NCBI GenBank assembly: GCA_944386775.1
Contig: CALXCJ010000001.1
Location: forward strand, 19,921-83,920
Direction of reading: 5' to 3'
DNA length: 64,000 nucleotides
From: an uncultured Clostridia bacterium
GTDB lineage: Bacteria > Bacillota > Clostridia > TANB77 > CAG-508
Shown here one piece after another: positions 38,281 to 48,040 of the stretch (the first letter of the stretch is position 1; the number at the start of each line of letters is the position of its first letter). Position numbers and translations under genes: made by a program. The notes beneath the pieces were generated by a model. It was given only the letters and a program-made list of their open reading frames with translations. It made no database searches and was not told where the DNA came from.

Positions 38281-39503
38281 TCTTCTATAGCTTTTAATAC
38301 TCCATATTTACCATATTCATAAGTTAAGCCTCCTTGCATATATGCTATATATGGAGGACGTATTGGTCCATCTGCACTTAGTTCAATTGTTGAGCCCTCT
38401 GTAAATGTCCCTGCTGCCATTATTACTTCATCTTCATAGCCTCCCATTGGACTTGGTTCTGGAATTACGTTTGAGTCTATTGGTGAGCCTTTTTGTATTC
38501 CTTGACAAAATTTTATCAATTTTTCCTTAGTTCCTAATTTTATTGTCTGCACAATATCTGCCCTTTTTTCATTATATTTTGGATCTACATCAAACCCTAG
38601 TTTTTCTAATATACAACTTGAAAATACTGCTGTTTTCATACTACTTGCTACAACCTGTGGTGCAAAAAATAGTCCTTTTAAAAATTTTGTGTTTTGCTCT
38701 AATGATGGTCCTATTTCTTTTCCTATACCTGGCGCTGTTAATCTTTCAGCACATAGTTTTATCAATTTTGCTTTTCCAGATATATATGCACCACTTGTGG
38801 CTATTCCTGCGCCAAGATTTTTCATAAGTGATCCAACGACTATATCTGCTCCAATTTCTATTGGTTCTTTTTCTTGGACAAATTCGCCATAACAATTATC
38901 TACCATTATTATAACTTCTTTATTTACTTCTCTTATAGCTTTTATTGCTTTTTCTATTTTTTCTATAGTTAAACTTTTTCTTGTTGAATATCCTCTTGAT
39001 CTTTGTATTTCTACTAGTTTGATTTGATTTGATTTCAAAGTTTCTTGAATTTTTGGAATATCAAATTCATTATCTATAAGTTCTATTTGTTTATATTTTA
39101 TTCCATATGCTTTTAATGAACTTTCACTTACATTTTCTCCAAGGCCTATAACAGTTTGCAATGTGTCATATGGTGCACCTGTTATACTAAGCATAGTATC
39201 ATTTGGTCTTAACAGTGCAGATAAGGTTACAGCTAATGCATGGGTTCCTGATATTAATTGTGCTCTTACTAAACTATCTTCTGCTTTAAATATTTTTGAA
39301 TATATTTCTTCTATTTTATTTCTTCCTGGTTCATCTATTCCATAACCTGTTGAAGAATTTAAATGCATTTCTTGCAGGTTACAGTCTTGGAAAGCTTTTA
39401 TTACTTTTATACTGTTTTTTTCACAAATTTCTTCTATTTTTGAAAATTGTGGTTTTATTTGTTCTTCTACTTCTTTTACAAGGTTTTGTATATTAGTTTC
39501 CAT
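38259..39503 (-). CDS. PLP-dependent methionine gamma-lyase-family protein (aluminium resistance protein/YnbB-like)
   Basis: 414 aa; SGTHALAVTLSALL, IVVGSLMKNLGAGIATSGAYISG pattern matches the YnbB/Met_gamma_lyase family. Confidence 0.75.
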   Translation of the reverse strand: METNIQNLVKEVEEQIKPQFSKIEEICEKNSIKVIKAFQDCNLQEMHLNSSTGYGIDEPGRNKIEEIYSKIFKAEDSLVRAQLISGTHALAVTLSALLRPNDTMLSITGAPYDTLQTVIGLGENVSESSLKAYGIKYKQIELIDNEFDIPKIQETLKSNQIKLVEIQRSRGYSTRKSLTIEKIEKAIKAIREVNKEVIIMVDNCYGEFVQEKEPIEIGADIVVGSLMKNLGAGIATSGAYISGKAKLIKLCAERLTAPGIGKEIGPSLEQNTKFLKGLFFAPQVVASSMKTAVFSSCILEKLGFDVDPKYNEKRADIVQTIKLGTKEKLIKFCQGIQKGSPIDSNVIPEPSPMGGYEDEVIMAAGTFTEGSTIELSADGPIRPPYIAYMQGGLTYEYGKYGVLKAIEEMEKGKA

Positions 39504-39554
39504 TGTTTTTGCCTTCTTTCTTGATTTTTATTTTTTAAATTGTTAATTTTTGCC

Positions 39555-39640
39555 TTTTATTCTTTACTTTTTATTCTTTACTTCTTATTCTTTACTTTTT
39601 ATTTTTTATTTTTTATTTTATCCTTTACTTTTTATTTTTT
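39555..39640. repeat. tandem 13-bp repeats (ttattctttactt) upstream of the ynbB-like gene
   Basis: Read directly. Confidence 0.5.
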
Positions 39641-39641
39641 A

Positions 39642-40751
39642 TTATTCTATTATACCTCCCCCTAGCAAAACGCCTTCTTCATCATAAAATACTATAGACT
39701 GACCGGGAGTGATTGCTCTTTGTGGTTCTTCAAATTTTATTTTTATTTTTTCATTTCCTATTTCTTTAATTTCTACTTTTCCATTTTCTGCTTTTTCTAT
39801 TTCGATTTTTTCTATTTTGCATTTTGCTATATTTGCTCTGTACCTAACTTTAGCATATAAAATTTTGCCTTCATATTGCATTTTTGGAACTTGCCAATTT
39901 ATATCTTTGGCAAATAAAAAGTCTTTATATAAGTCTTTTTCATTTCCAACTATTACTTCATTTTTCTTTGGGTCTAAGCCTATAACATATAAAGGTTCTT
40001 TATAGCTTATTTTTAATCCCTTTCTTTGACCTATTGTGTAGTTTACATACCCCATATGTTCTCCTAAGGCTGTACCATCTTTTAGTATTATTTTTCCCTT
40101 TCTAGGCTTTATTTTTCCACATTTTGTTAGAAATTGTTGATAACCTTGTTCATCTATAAAACAAATTTCTTGACTATCTTTTTTTGTTGCAACTTCTAAG
40201 TTATTTTCCGATGCTATTTTTCTTATTTCTTCTTTTGTATTATAGTCCTGAAGTGGAAATATTATATTTTCTATTTTTTCTCTTGGAATATAGTATAAAA
40301 AGTAAGTTTGGTCTTTTTTTTGTTCATTTGCTCTTAATATAACTTTTTGATTATATTTATTAGAATATTCTATTTTTGCATAATGCCCTGTTGCAACTTT
40401 TGAAATTCCTAATTTTTTTGCTATTTCAAAAAAAGCTCCGAACTTTATACTTTTATTACATTCTACACAAGGGTTTGGTGTTTTCCCATTTTCATATTGT
40501 TCTAAAAAATTTTTTACAACATCTTTCTTAAACTCTTCTCTTAAGTCAAATACTTTATGCTCTATTCCTAATTTTTCACAAACTTTTTTTGCATCTTGTA
40601 TTGATTTATCATTTTTTTCTTTTTCCAAATTATTGTTTTCCCATAATCTCATTGTTGCGCCTATTACTTGATACCCTTGTTTTTTTAATAATATTGCTGA
40701 AACTGAACTGTCTACTCCTCCACTCATTCCTAATAATACCTTTTTTGCCAT
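39642..40751 (-). CDS. mnmA: tRNA-specific 2-thiouridylase MnmA
   Basis: KKVLLGMSGGVDSSVSAILLKKQGYQVIGATMRLWE PP-loop N-terminus, 369 aa. Confidence 0.9.
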   Translation of the reverse strand: MAKKVLLGMSGGVDSSVSAILLKKQGYQVIGATMRLWENNNLEKEKNDKSIQDAKKVCEKLGIEHKVFDLREEFKKDVVKNFLEQYENGKTPNPCVECNKSIKFGAFFEIAKKLGISKVATGHYAKIEYSNKYNQKVILRANEQKKDQTYFLYYIPREKIENIIFPLQDYNTKEEIRKIASENNLEVATKKDSQEICFIDEQGYQQFLTKCGKIKPRKGKIILKDGTALGEHMGYVNYTIGQRKGLKISYKEPLYVIGLDPKKNEVIVGNEKDLYKDFLFAKDINWQVPKMQYEGKILYAKVRYRANIAKCKIEKIEIEKAENGKVEIKEIGNEKIKIKFEEPQRAITPGQSIVFYDEEGVLLGGGIIE

Positions 40752-40851
40752 TAATTTCTCCTTTATTTTTCTTTTTTATTTAAATCCTTAATATTATACT
40801 ATAAAACGACCAAAATTCCAAGTTTTTTTTTAATCTAAGCTTAACTTTATG

Positions 40852-40970
40852 GTTACAGTTCAGTAAGAAGAACAATTATTCATTTATTAAATGTATGTGA
40901 AGTCTCTTTTTTATAAAAATGTGTTAAAAAGCATTGCATGAATAAAAGAATTTTACAACTGAACTGTAAC
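40852..40970. repeat. MITE-like 119-bp element copy A with 13-16-bp terminal inverted repeats (gttacagttcagt ... actgaactgtaac)
   Basis: About 70 percent identical over its length to copy B at 60495-60614; central ttttttataaaaat palindrome. Confidence 0.5.
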
Positions 40971-41283
40971 ACTTTATGCAAATTTTTAAAGGTAATGTAG
41001 TTACAGCATAATAAAAATAATTATAACTACTTTTCAATTATGCTATTTTTTAATTATTCCTGAACAATAATGATTTTTATAACTAATAATTAGTTTGTTT
41101 CATTTGGGGTATAAGTTTGATATTGTTTTATTGTTTTTCTTAGTTTAAGATTTAACAAATTAGGTAATATTTTTCTTTTTCCTTACCGATTGGATAAATT
41201 ATTTCTTTATTATTATAATTTTGGCAATATTTTATATGTCTTTTTAACCAAGTTTTATAATATTTACATATGGGAGGTTTCTA

Positions 41284-41681
41284 TGAAATTTGATGCAGAT
41301 AAATTTAGCTATAGATTATTATCATTAATGGAAGAATACAATTTAACACAAAAGAAACTAGCAGAACTAGTAGGAACAACTAATGTAACAATTTCAAGAT
41401 ACATAAGTGGAGATAGAGAACCAAGACTTGAAATCGCAACAAAGCTTGCTAATGTTTTTAATGTCTCTATTGATTATTTACTTGGAAACACTGAAAATAA
41501 AGAAATAGATTTAGAAAACGGAAATTTATACTTTGATTTATCAAACACATTAATTAAATTATACAAACTAGCTCCAAATGTAAAATTAACACATGAACAA
41601 ATAGAATCAGCAAAAAAATTACTACTTGCTGGAAAAGATCTTATAATACCAAATAAATCTGACAAAAAGAAAAATGCTTAA
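41284..41681 (+). CDS. XRE-family helix-turn-helix transcriptional regulator
   Basis: LTQKKLAELVGTTNVTISRYISGDREPRLEIATKLANVFNVSIDYLLG HTH_3 motif. ATG 41284 after GGGAGG. Confidence 0.7.
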
Positions 41682-41774
41682 ATTAATAATTCCTCTTTTT
41701 GATTTTATTTTGCGGTTCACGAACCACATTTATTATATCAAAAGGAGAAATTTCAATTTTTTTATCATCCAAAA

Positions 41775-41816
41775 AAATCGCAATTGGGAAATTATCCTCA
41801 ATTGCGACTTTTTTAT
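41775..41816. terminator. bidirectional intrinsic terminator between the XRE gene and aspS copy 2
   Basis: atcgcaattg-ggaaattatcc-tcaattgcgac flanked by A/T runs on both sides. Confidence 0.6.
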
Positions 41817-43606
41817 ATATCTAGCTTTATATGTACATCTTCTAGTTGTTTTTTTGAAACTACTGATGGAGCTCTCATAAGCAGATCTCTTGCTTTTTTG
41901 TTTTTTGGAAATGCTATTACTTCTCTTATATTTTGAGAATTTTCTATTAACATTACCATTCTGTCTAGTCCTGGTGCTGCTCCTGCGTGTGGTGGTGTTC
42001 CATATTGGAATGCATTATATAGTGCTCCAAATCTTTCTTTTACTTCTTCTTCTGTATAGCCTGCTATTTCAAATGCTTTTACCATTATTTCTGGGTTATG
42101 GTTTCTTACTGCTCCTGATGCCATTTCATATCCATTACATACTAGGTCATATTGATATGCAAGTATGTTAAGCGGGTCTTCGTTTTCTAGTGCTTGCATT
42201 CCTCCTTGTGGCATAGAGAATGGGTTATGGCTAAAGTCTATTTTTCCTTCGTCTGATAATTCGTACATTGGAAAGTCGACTATAAAACAGAATCTATATA
42301 CGTCTTTTTCTAATAGGTCTAGTCTTTTTCCTAATTCTATTCTAATTAAACCTGCTATTTTTTGGGCTTTTTCGAATTCATCTGCTATGAAAAACATGGC
42401 TGAATCGTTTTGCATACCATATTCTTCTATTAGCTTTTGTTTTATTTCTTCTGTTATAAATTTTGAAATTCCTCCTTGAAGGTTTCCATCTTGTTCTAAT
42501 TTTGCCCAAGCTAAGCCCTTTGCTCCTACTTCTTCTGTTTTTGCAAAATCTGTCATTTTGTCAAAGAATTTTCTTCCTTGCTCTGCTCCATTTGGAACAA
42601 TTATTATTTTTACTGTTTTTCCTTCAAATGCTTTAAATTCTGATTTTTCAAATAGTTTCGTTACATCTTGTATTATTAGTGGATTTCTAAGGTCTGGTTT
42701 GTCTATACCGTATTTTTCCATTGCTTCTTTGTATGGTATTCTTATAAATGGACCTTTGTCTGCCTTCCAGTTTGAAAATTTTTCAAAAACTTCTGGCACT
42801 ACTTTTTCTATTACATTAAATACATCTTCTTGTGTTGCAAAACTCATTTCGAAGTCTAGTTGGTAAAATTCACCTGGTGCTCTATCTGCTCTTGGGTCTT
42901 CGTCTCTAAAACATGGTGCTATTTGATAGTATTTGTCAAATCCTGCTACCATTAGTAATTGTTTGAATTGTTGTGGTGCTTGTGGAAGAGCATAGAATTC
43001 TCCTGGATTTAATCTACTTGGCACTAAATAGTCTCTTGCTCCTTCTGGAGAAGAGTTTGCAAGTATTGGTGTTTGTATTTCTGTAAATCCTAGTTCATCC
43101 ATTTTGTCTCTGAATGCTTTTATTATTTTTGAACGCATTAGAATATTGTTATGCAATTTTTCATTTCTTAGGTCTAAAAATCTATATTCTAGCCTTAAGT
43201 CTTCTCTTACTTCTTGGTTTGTGTTTATTTCAAATGGTAAAACATTTTTGCATTTTCCTAAAGTTTCTATTTTGTTTGCTATTACTTCTATTTCTCCAGT
43301 TTTCATTTTAGGGTTTTTATTGCTTCTTTCTACAACAGTTCCTTCTATGTGGATACAGCTTTCTGTTGTTATTTGCTTTATATCTATATTTTGGTTTTGA
43401 TTTGCATTTTTGGGGTCTGTTTTTTCTTGGATTTGCTCGTTTTGCATTTGCTCGTTTATTACTATTTGTGTAATTCCACATTCATCTCTTAAATCTATAA
43501 ATGTCATTCCTCCTAGGTTTCTAATTTTTTGAACCCATCCTGAAAGTTCTACTCGTTTTCCTACATCTTGTATTGTTAATTCTCCACAGTTTTTAGTTCT
43601 ATACAT
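41813..43606 (-). CDS. aspS: aspartate--tRNA ligase (intact copy 2, bacterial type with GAD insertion)
   Basis: 597 aa, full-length class II AspRS. No T-box upstream. Confidence 0.95.
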   Translation of the reverse strand: MYRTKNCGELTIQDVGKRVELSGWVQKIRNLGGMTFIDLRDECGITQIVINEQMQNEQIQEKTDPKNANQNQNIDIKQITTESCIHIEGTVVERSNKNPKMKTGEIEVIANKIETLGKCKNVLPFEINTNQEVREDLRLEYRFLDLRNEKLHNNILMRSKIIKAFRDKMDELGFTEIQTPILANSSPEGARDYLVPSRLNPGEFYALPQAPQQFKQLLMVAGFDKYYQIAPCFRDEDPRADRAPGEFYQLDFEMSFATQEDVFNVIEKVVPEVFEKFSNWKADKGPFIRIPYKEAMEKYGIDKPDLRNPLIIQDVTKLFEKSEFKAFEGKTVKIIIVPNGAEQGRKFFDKMTDFAKTEEVGAKGLAWAKLEQDGNLQGGISKFITEEIKQKLIEEYGMQNDSAMFFIADEFEKAQKIAGLIRIELGKRLDLLEKDVYRFCFIVDFPMYELSDEGKIDFSHNPFSMPQGGMQALENEDPLNILAYQYDLVCNGYEMASGAVRNHNPEIMVKAFEIAGYTEEEVKERFGALYNAFQYGTPPHAGAAPGLDRMVMLIENSQNIREVIAFPKNKKARDLLMRAPSVVSKKQLEDVHIKLDI

Positions 43607-43861
43607 TCTTATTCCTCCATTTATTTTTATTTATAGATTTTAACATATGTTTGTAGATTTTTCAAGATTTTTCCTGATTTTACTTATTGGGTTTAAGACA
43701 TTTTTATAAAAATAAGACTTTAGATAAATTGAATAAATCAATAAATTGTATTTTTACATAACTGCAGCAAGAAATTAAAAGAAAAATAAAAATAGTTTGA
43801 CAATTATTATATTAAAATGTATTATATTATATATAAATATGAGAATAAAGGAGGAATAAAT

Positions 43862-44545
43862 ATGCAATACGAAATTTTAGGAAAAACTGTACCAGTAGTT
43901 GAAGTAACATTAAATAAAGGAGAAACAATGTTTACACAAAGTGGTGGTATGACTTGGCAAACAGAAGGAATAAGAATGACAACAAATGCTCGTGGGGGTA
44001 TGATGAAAAGTTTAGGAAGAATATTTACAGGGGAATCCATTTTTATGACTTCCTATACAGCAGAAAAAGAAGGAGCCAAAATAGCTTTTGCAACAACAGT
44101 TCCAGGAGATATTTTAGAATTAAATATGTCAAATATGCCACAAGGAATAATATTGCAAAAAAATGCATTTCTTTGTGCTGAAGATGATATAAATTTAAGT
44201 GTAAAATTTACTAAAAAGATTTCAGCAGCCCTTTTTGGTGGAGAAGGAATTATTTTGCAAGAAGCCAAAGGAAAAGGAATGTTATTTTTAGAAATCGATG
44301 GAGATCCAATTGAAAAAGAATTAGCTCCAGGTGAAATACTAAAAGTAGACACAGGAAATGTTGTAGGATTTGAACCAACAGTATCATATGAAATAGAAAC
44401 AGTTAAAGGAATAGGAAATATATTCTTAGGAGGAGAAGGTTTATTTTTAACTAAATTAGTAGGACCTGGTAAAGTCATTGTTCAATCACAAAACTTTATG
44501 GACTTTGCAGGAAGAATAGCTTCAATTATACCTGGAGGAAAATAA
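43862..44545 (+). CDS. AIM24/TIGR00266-family protein (DUF124)
   Basis: MQYEILGKTVPVVEVTLNKGE...GGEGLFLTKLVGPGKVIVQS pattern; AGGAGG RBS before ATG 43862. Confidence 0.6.
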   Translation: MQYEILGKTVPVVEVTLNKGETMFTQSGGMTWQTEGIRMTTNARGGMMKSLGRIFTGESIFMTSYTAEKEGAKIAFATTVPGDILELNMSNMPQGIILQKNAFLCAEDDINLSVKFTKKISAALFGGEGIILQEAKGKGMLFLEIDGDPIEKELAPGEILKVDTGNVVGFEPTVSYEIETVKGIGNIFLGGEGLFLTKLVGPGKVIVQSQNFMDFAGRIASIIPGGK

Positions 44546-44561
44546 TAAGGAGAAGAAAACT

Positions 44562-45506
44562 ATGAAAGAAGAATTTGATTTTTATGATCCAACCAGTCTA
44601 AAATCATATAATTTAGACAAAACTATGCAATATCAATTAAATATTTTAGGTAGCTTAGATGTTTTTACAAGGAAACATTGTGAGCATGTTGCAAATTTAA
44701 CTTGCCGTATTTGTGAAAAATTGCATTGCCAAAAAGGTTTTATTGAATACTGTACTATTTGTGCATATTTACATGATATTGGTAAACAATTTATCCCTCA
44801 AGAAATTTTGCAAAAGCCTGGTAAGTTAACTGATGAAGAATATGAAATTATAAAAACACATACTACTATAGGATATGATATTTGTATGAATGATCCAAAA
44901 TTAAGACCATATGCAGCAGGTCCTATTTACCACCATGAAGCTTTAAACGGAACAGGATATCCTAAAGGGCTTACAAAAAAAGACATTCCTTATGAAGGTC
45001 AGATTATTCGTGTTGCTGATGAATATGATGCAATTGTAAGTAAAAGGCAGTATAAAACACACATTGGAATAACAGATACTTTAAAAATTATAATTGATAA
45101 CACAAAACCTCTCGAAGATGTTAAAAAATCTGATGCTTTAAAAGTTATGTCTGAAAATTCAAAGCTTGGAAAAGATAATCCTATAATTGTAAAAGCTTTA
45201 ATTTCTGTTGTTATAGATGATATTGAATATGAAATTAGTTGTACTTTTGACTATGTTAATTCTTTAAAGGAAAATATAAAAAGATTAACTGAGGTTGAAA
45301 AATATGAAGAAAAAATGAATAAAGCAAAAACTGATAAAAAGAAAAATTATTATTTAGAGGGTATGAAGATATTTTTAGAAAAAAATGAAACTCCTGAAAA
45401 TTATCATCAAATTTTAACAGAATATCGCGAAAGTTATGAAAGACGTAAAAAAGCAATTGATACTTTGTTTGATGAGATTAAGATTATTAAAAAATTGAAA
45501 GTTTAA
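44562..45506 (+). CDS. HD-GYP domain protein (putative c-di-GMP phosphodiesterase)
   Basis: YLHDIGKQ ... HHEALNGTGYPKGL (HD and HHE-x-GYP signatures). Confidence 0.8.
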   Translation: MKEEFDFYDPTSLKSYNLDKTMQYQLNILGSLDVFTRKHCEHVANLTCRICEKLHCQKGFIEYCTICAYLHDIGKQFIPQEILQKPGKLTDEEYEIIKTHTTIGYDICMNDPKLRPYAAGPIYHHEALNGTGYPKGLTKKDIPYEGQIIRVADEYDAIVSKRQYKTHIGITDTLKIIIDNTKPLEDVKKSDALKVMSENSKLGKDNPIIVKALISVVIDDIEYEISCTFDYVNSLKENIKRLTEVEKYEEKMNKAKTDKKKNYYLEGMKIFLEKNETPENYHQILTEYRESYERRKKAIDTLFDEIKIIKKLKV

Positions 45507-45594
45507 AAATTGAACTTAATTTCATTTTTACTTTAAATAAATTTATATTAGTTTTATAATTTCATTTTTTTATTAAAAAACTAGATAATTAAAA

Positions 45595-46575
45595 TTAAAA
45601 ATTATCTAGTTTCTTTACATTTAAAACAATTGCATATATATAATATTCATCCCATAAATATACTCTTTCTAAATCATATTCTTTAATATTACTATAATCA
45701 ATTATATATCTTCGTAAACCTTTTATCATTTCAGTTGCATTTGCAAGTTTTGTCTTTTTTCTTTGTAATGTATCATCAAATAATATAATTACAGCAATTA
45801 TTGCTAAGAGTAAAAATAAAATTGGTAAAAAATGTACATAAAGAAAAGTATTAAAAATAATCGCCATTATAATTATGGCTGTACTCCATGAAGCAACTCC
45901 AAGTACGGCTTCCTTAACACTTAATAACCCTATACTAAATAAAATATAATTAAATGTAAGTATACCTAAAGTCATTCCCCACTCCGTAGTTCCTCCGTTT
46001 TCGATTGCTAAAAAAATAAAAGCTACTAAAAATAATATATAACAAATTAGTATATTTTTAATATTTGTACTTCTAGTAATTTTTTTTACTTCTTCTTTAC
46101 TATCAAATTCTTCTCGAATTGCAGTACTAATATTTCTTTTTATTCGTCCCAAATTGCCAAATCTTTTTTCATTTTTCATTATTTTTTTAAATTGTAATAA
46201 ACTTTGCTTAACACCAATATCAAGAAAATCTTTATTGAAAAATATCTTTAAAATATAACTTTCTATTGGTGATGTTTTTATTTTTTTTAATACAGTAAAT
46301 ATATAATCTTTTTCGTTTGCGGACTTTTCTAATTTTATATAACCTTTACAAACAAAATCTAAAATTGTTGCAATAAAATATTCTTCTTTTACTTTTTTAT
46401 TGTATAAATATCCAACAATTATTGGAGGATATTTAATATATTCTTTATCTCTAAAATAATTTATATTAAATTCAGGTTTTTCAGTTCCAGAAAATTTTAT
46501 TAGTAAATATATAAAATAAAAAATTAGAATTATCATTACAATACATGTTATAACCAATATTATCACCAAAATCAT
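45595..46575 (-). CDS. predicted multi-pass membrane protein, unknown function
   Basis: 326 aa, hydrophobic N- and C-terminal blocks. Confidence 0.4.
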   Translation of the reverse strand: MILVIILVITCIVMIILIFYFIYLLIKFSGTEKPEFNINYFRDKEYIKYPPIIVGYLYNKKVKEEYFIATILDFVCKGYIKLEKSANEKDYIFTVLKKIKTSPIESYILKIFFNKDFLDIGVKQSLLQFKKIMKNEKRFGNLGRIKRNISTAIREEFDSKEEVKKITRSTNIKNILICYILFLVAFIFLAIENGGTTEWGMTLGILTFNYILFSIGLLSVKEAVLGVASWSTAIIIMAIIFNTFLYVHFLPILFLLLAIIAVIILFDDTLQRKKTKLANATEMIKGLRRYIIDYSNIKEYDLERVYLWDEYYIYAIVLNVKKLDNF

Positions 46576-46630
46576 TTTAACATATATTGATTATCTTTTC
46601 AAATTCTAGTATAATTTAGATGGTGATTTT

Positions 46631-46948
46631 ATGATATATATAATTATTGTTTCATTTTTTATATGTTTATTTGTTGAACTTAGAGCTTTAAAAATAAATA
46701 ATGCTAAGATTTTTAGTGAAACTAGTATTATTAAAATAGTAGTACACTGCTCTTTTTTCTGCATTTCTATATATGCTTTGGCTTTTGGATTATCTGCTAT
46801 AAAATATTTTATTATAGAAAAAGATTATTCTTTTATTAGCTATTTTCTTACATTTGTAATAGCTTCAATTGCATATATTTTTCATTATATAAAAATTACA
46901 ATATATAAATTTATTCCTATGAAAGATAAATTAACATTTTATTTATAA
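46631..46948 (+). CDS. small membrane protein, unknown function
   Basis: 105 aa, 3 hydrophobic helices. Confidence 0.35.
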   Translation: MIYIIIVSFFICLFVELRALKINNAKIFSETSIIKIVVHCSFFCISIYALAFGLSAIKYFIIEKDYSFISYFLTFVIASIAYIFHYIKITIYKFIPMKDKLTFYL

Positions 46949-46986
46949 TAAATAAATTAATGCTATTTTTTATTATTTCACATTAT

Positions 46987-47784
46987 TTATAATAAGTTAA
47001 TTATATCTTTTATTACTTCACCTGCCATAATTAAGCCTGCAACTGATGGTACAAATGATATACTTCCTATAACTTTAGTATTTATATTTATATTTATATT
47101 TGTATTTTCTTTTTCAGATTCTATTTTTTTAGTTTCTTCTTCTGAATAGACTACTTTTAAATCTTTTATATTTCTCTTTTTTAGTTCTTTTCTCATTATT
47201 TTAGCTAGAGGACATACCGATGTTTTATATATGTCTGTTACTTTAAATTTTGTAGGGTCTAGCTTGTTTCCTGTTCCCATTGAAGAAATTATTGGTACAT
47301 TTATTTGTTTTGCTTTTTCTATTAATTTTATTTTTGTAGTGATTGTGTCTACAGCATCTATTACATAGTCATAGGTTTGGTTTATTAAGTTTTCCTCTAG
47401 CTCTGTTCCATCTTTACTAAAAATAGTTTCAACAATTGCTTTTTTATTGATGTCTTGTATTCTGCTTTTCATTACTTCTACTTTATATTTCCCAATTGTA
47501 GAATTAAGTGCGTGAAGTTGCCTGTTTAAATTTGTTATATCTATTATATCATAATCTACTAGAGTAAATTTACCAATTCCTGCTCTTGCTAGTGCTTCTG
47601 TGCAAAATGAGCCTACTCCGCCTATACCGAAAATTATTACTTTTGCTTTTTTTAATTTTTCTAGGTTTTCTTTTCCTATTAATACCTCTTCTCTTTCAAA
47701 TTGGTTAATTTCCATAAAAATTACATTCCTTTCTGTGGTATGCATAGTGTATGAAAGCATTTTTTTCAAACTATTATGTCTCAT
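46987..47784 (-). CDS. tcdA: tRNA threonylcarbamoyladenosine dehydratase (ThiF/MoeB/HesA family, TcdA-like)
   Basis: VIIFGIGGVGSFCTEALARAGIGKFTLVDYDIIDITNLNRQ; true start probably an internal ATG. Confidence 0.8.
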   Translation of the reverse strand: MRHNSLKKMLSYTMHTTERNVIFMEINQFEREEVLIGKENLEKLKKAKVIIFGIGGVGSFCTEALARAGIGKFTLVDYDIIDITNLNRQLHALNSTIGKYKVEVMKSRIQDINKKAIVETIFSKDGTELEENLINQTYDYVIDAVDTITTKIKLIEKAKQINVPIISSMGTGNKLDPTKFKVTDIYKTSVCPLAKIMRKELKKRNIKDLKVVYSEEETKKIESEKENTNINININTKVIGSISFVPSVAGLIMAGEVIKDIINLL

Positions 47785-47876
47785 TAATAAGTATATTTAC
47801 ATTAAATTATATATGTGATTTTTGCTTTTTTCAATACTTATCAATAAAAGTTGACAGAAAAATTAATTATATTGGA

Positions 47877-47946
47877 AATGTTAGTGACAGATAATTTAAT
47901 TATATTGCAAAATGTTAGTGACAGATAATTTAATTATATTGCAAAA
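47877..47946. repeat. two direct copies of a 35-bp unit (aatgttagtgacagataatttaattatattgcaaa) upstream of the AAA-ATPase gene
   Basis: Read directly. Confidence 0.5.
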
Positions 47947-48040
47947 ACTTTTAACAATTTAATTCTTGATATTTTTAATTCTCTGTAGTACAATTGCACT
48001 ATAAAATAATAATATAAACGTAAAAGGAAGTGGCAAATAT

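Noticed and set aside
40800-41280. tRNA or other stable RNA gene in the 480-bp ORF-free region
   Set aside because: No cloverleaf-compatible segments or T-loop (GTTCRANYC) were found. The region is explained by the MITE-like element plus the promoter of the XRE gene.
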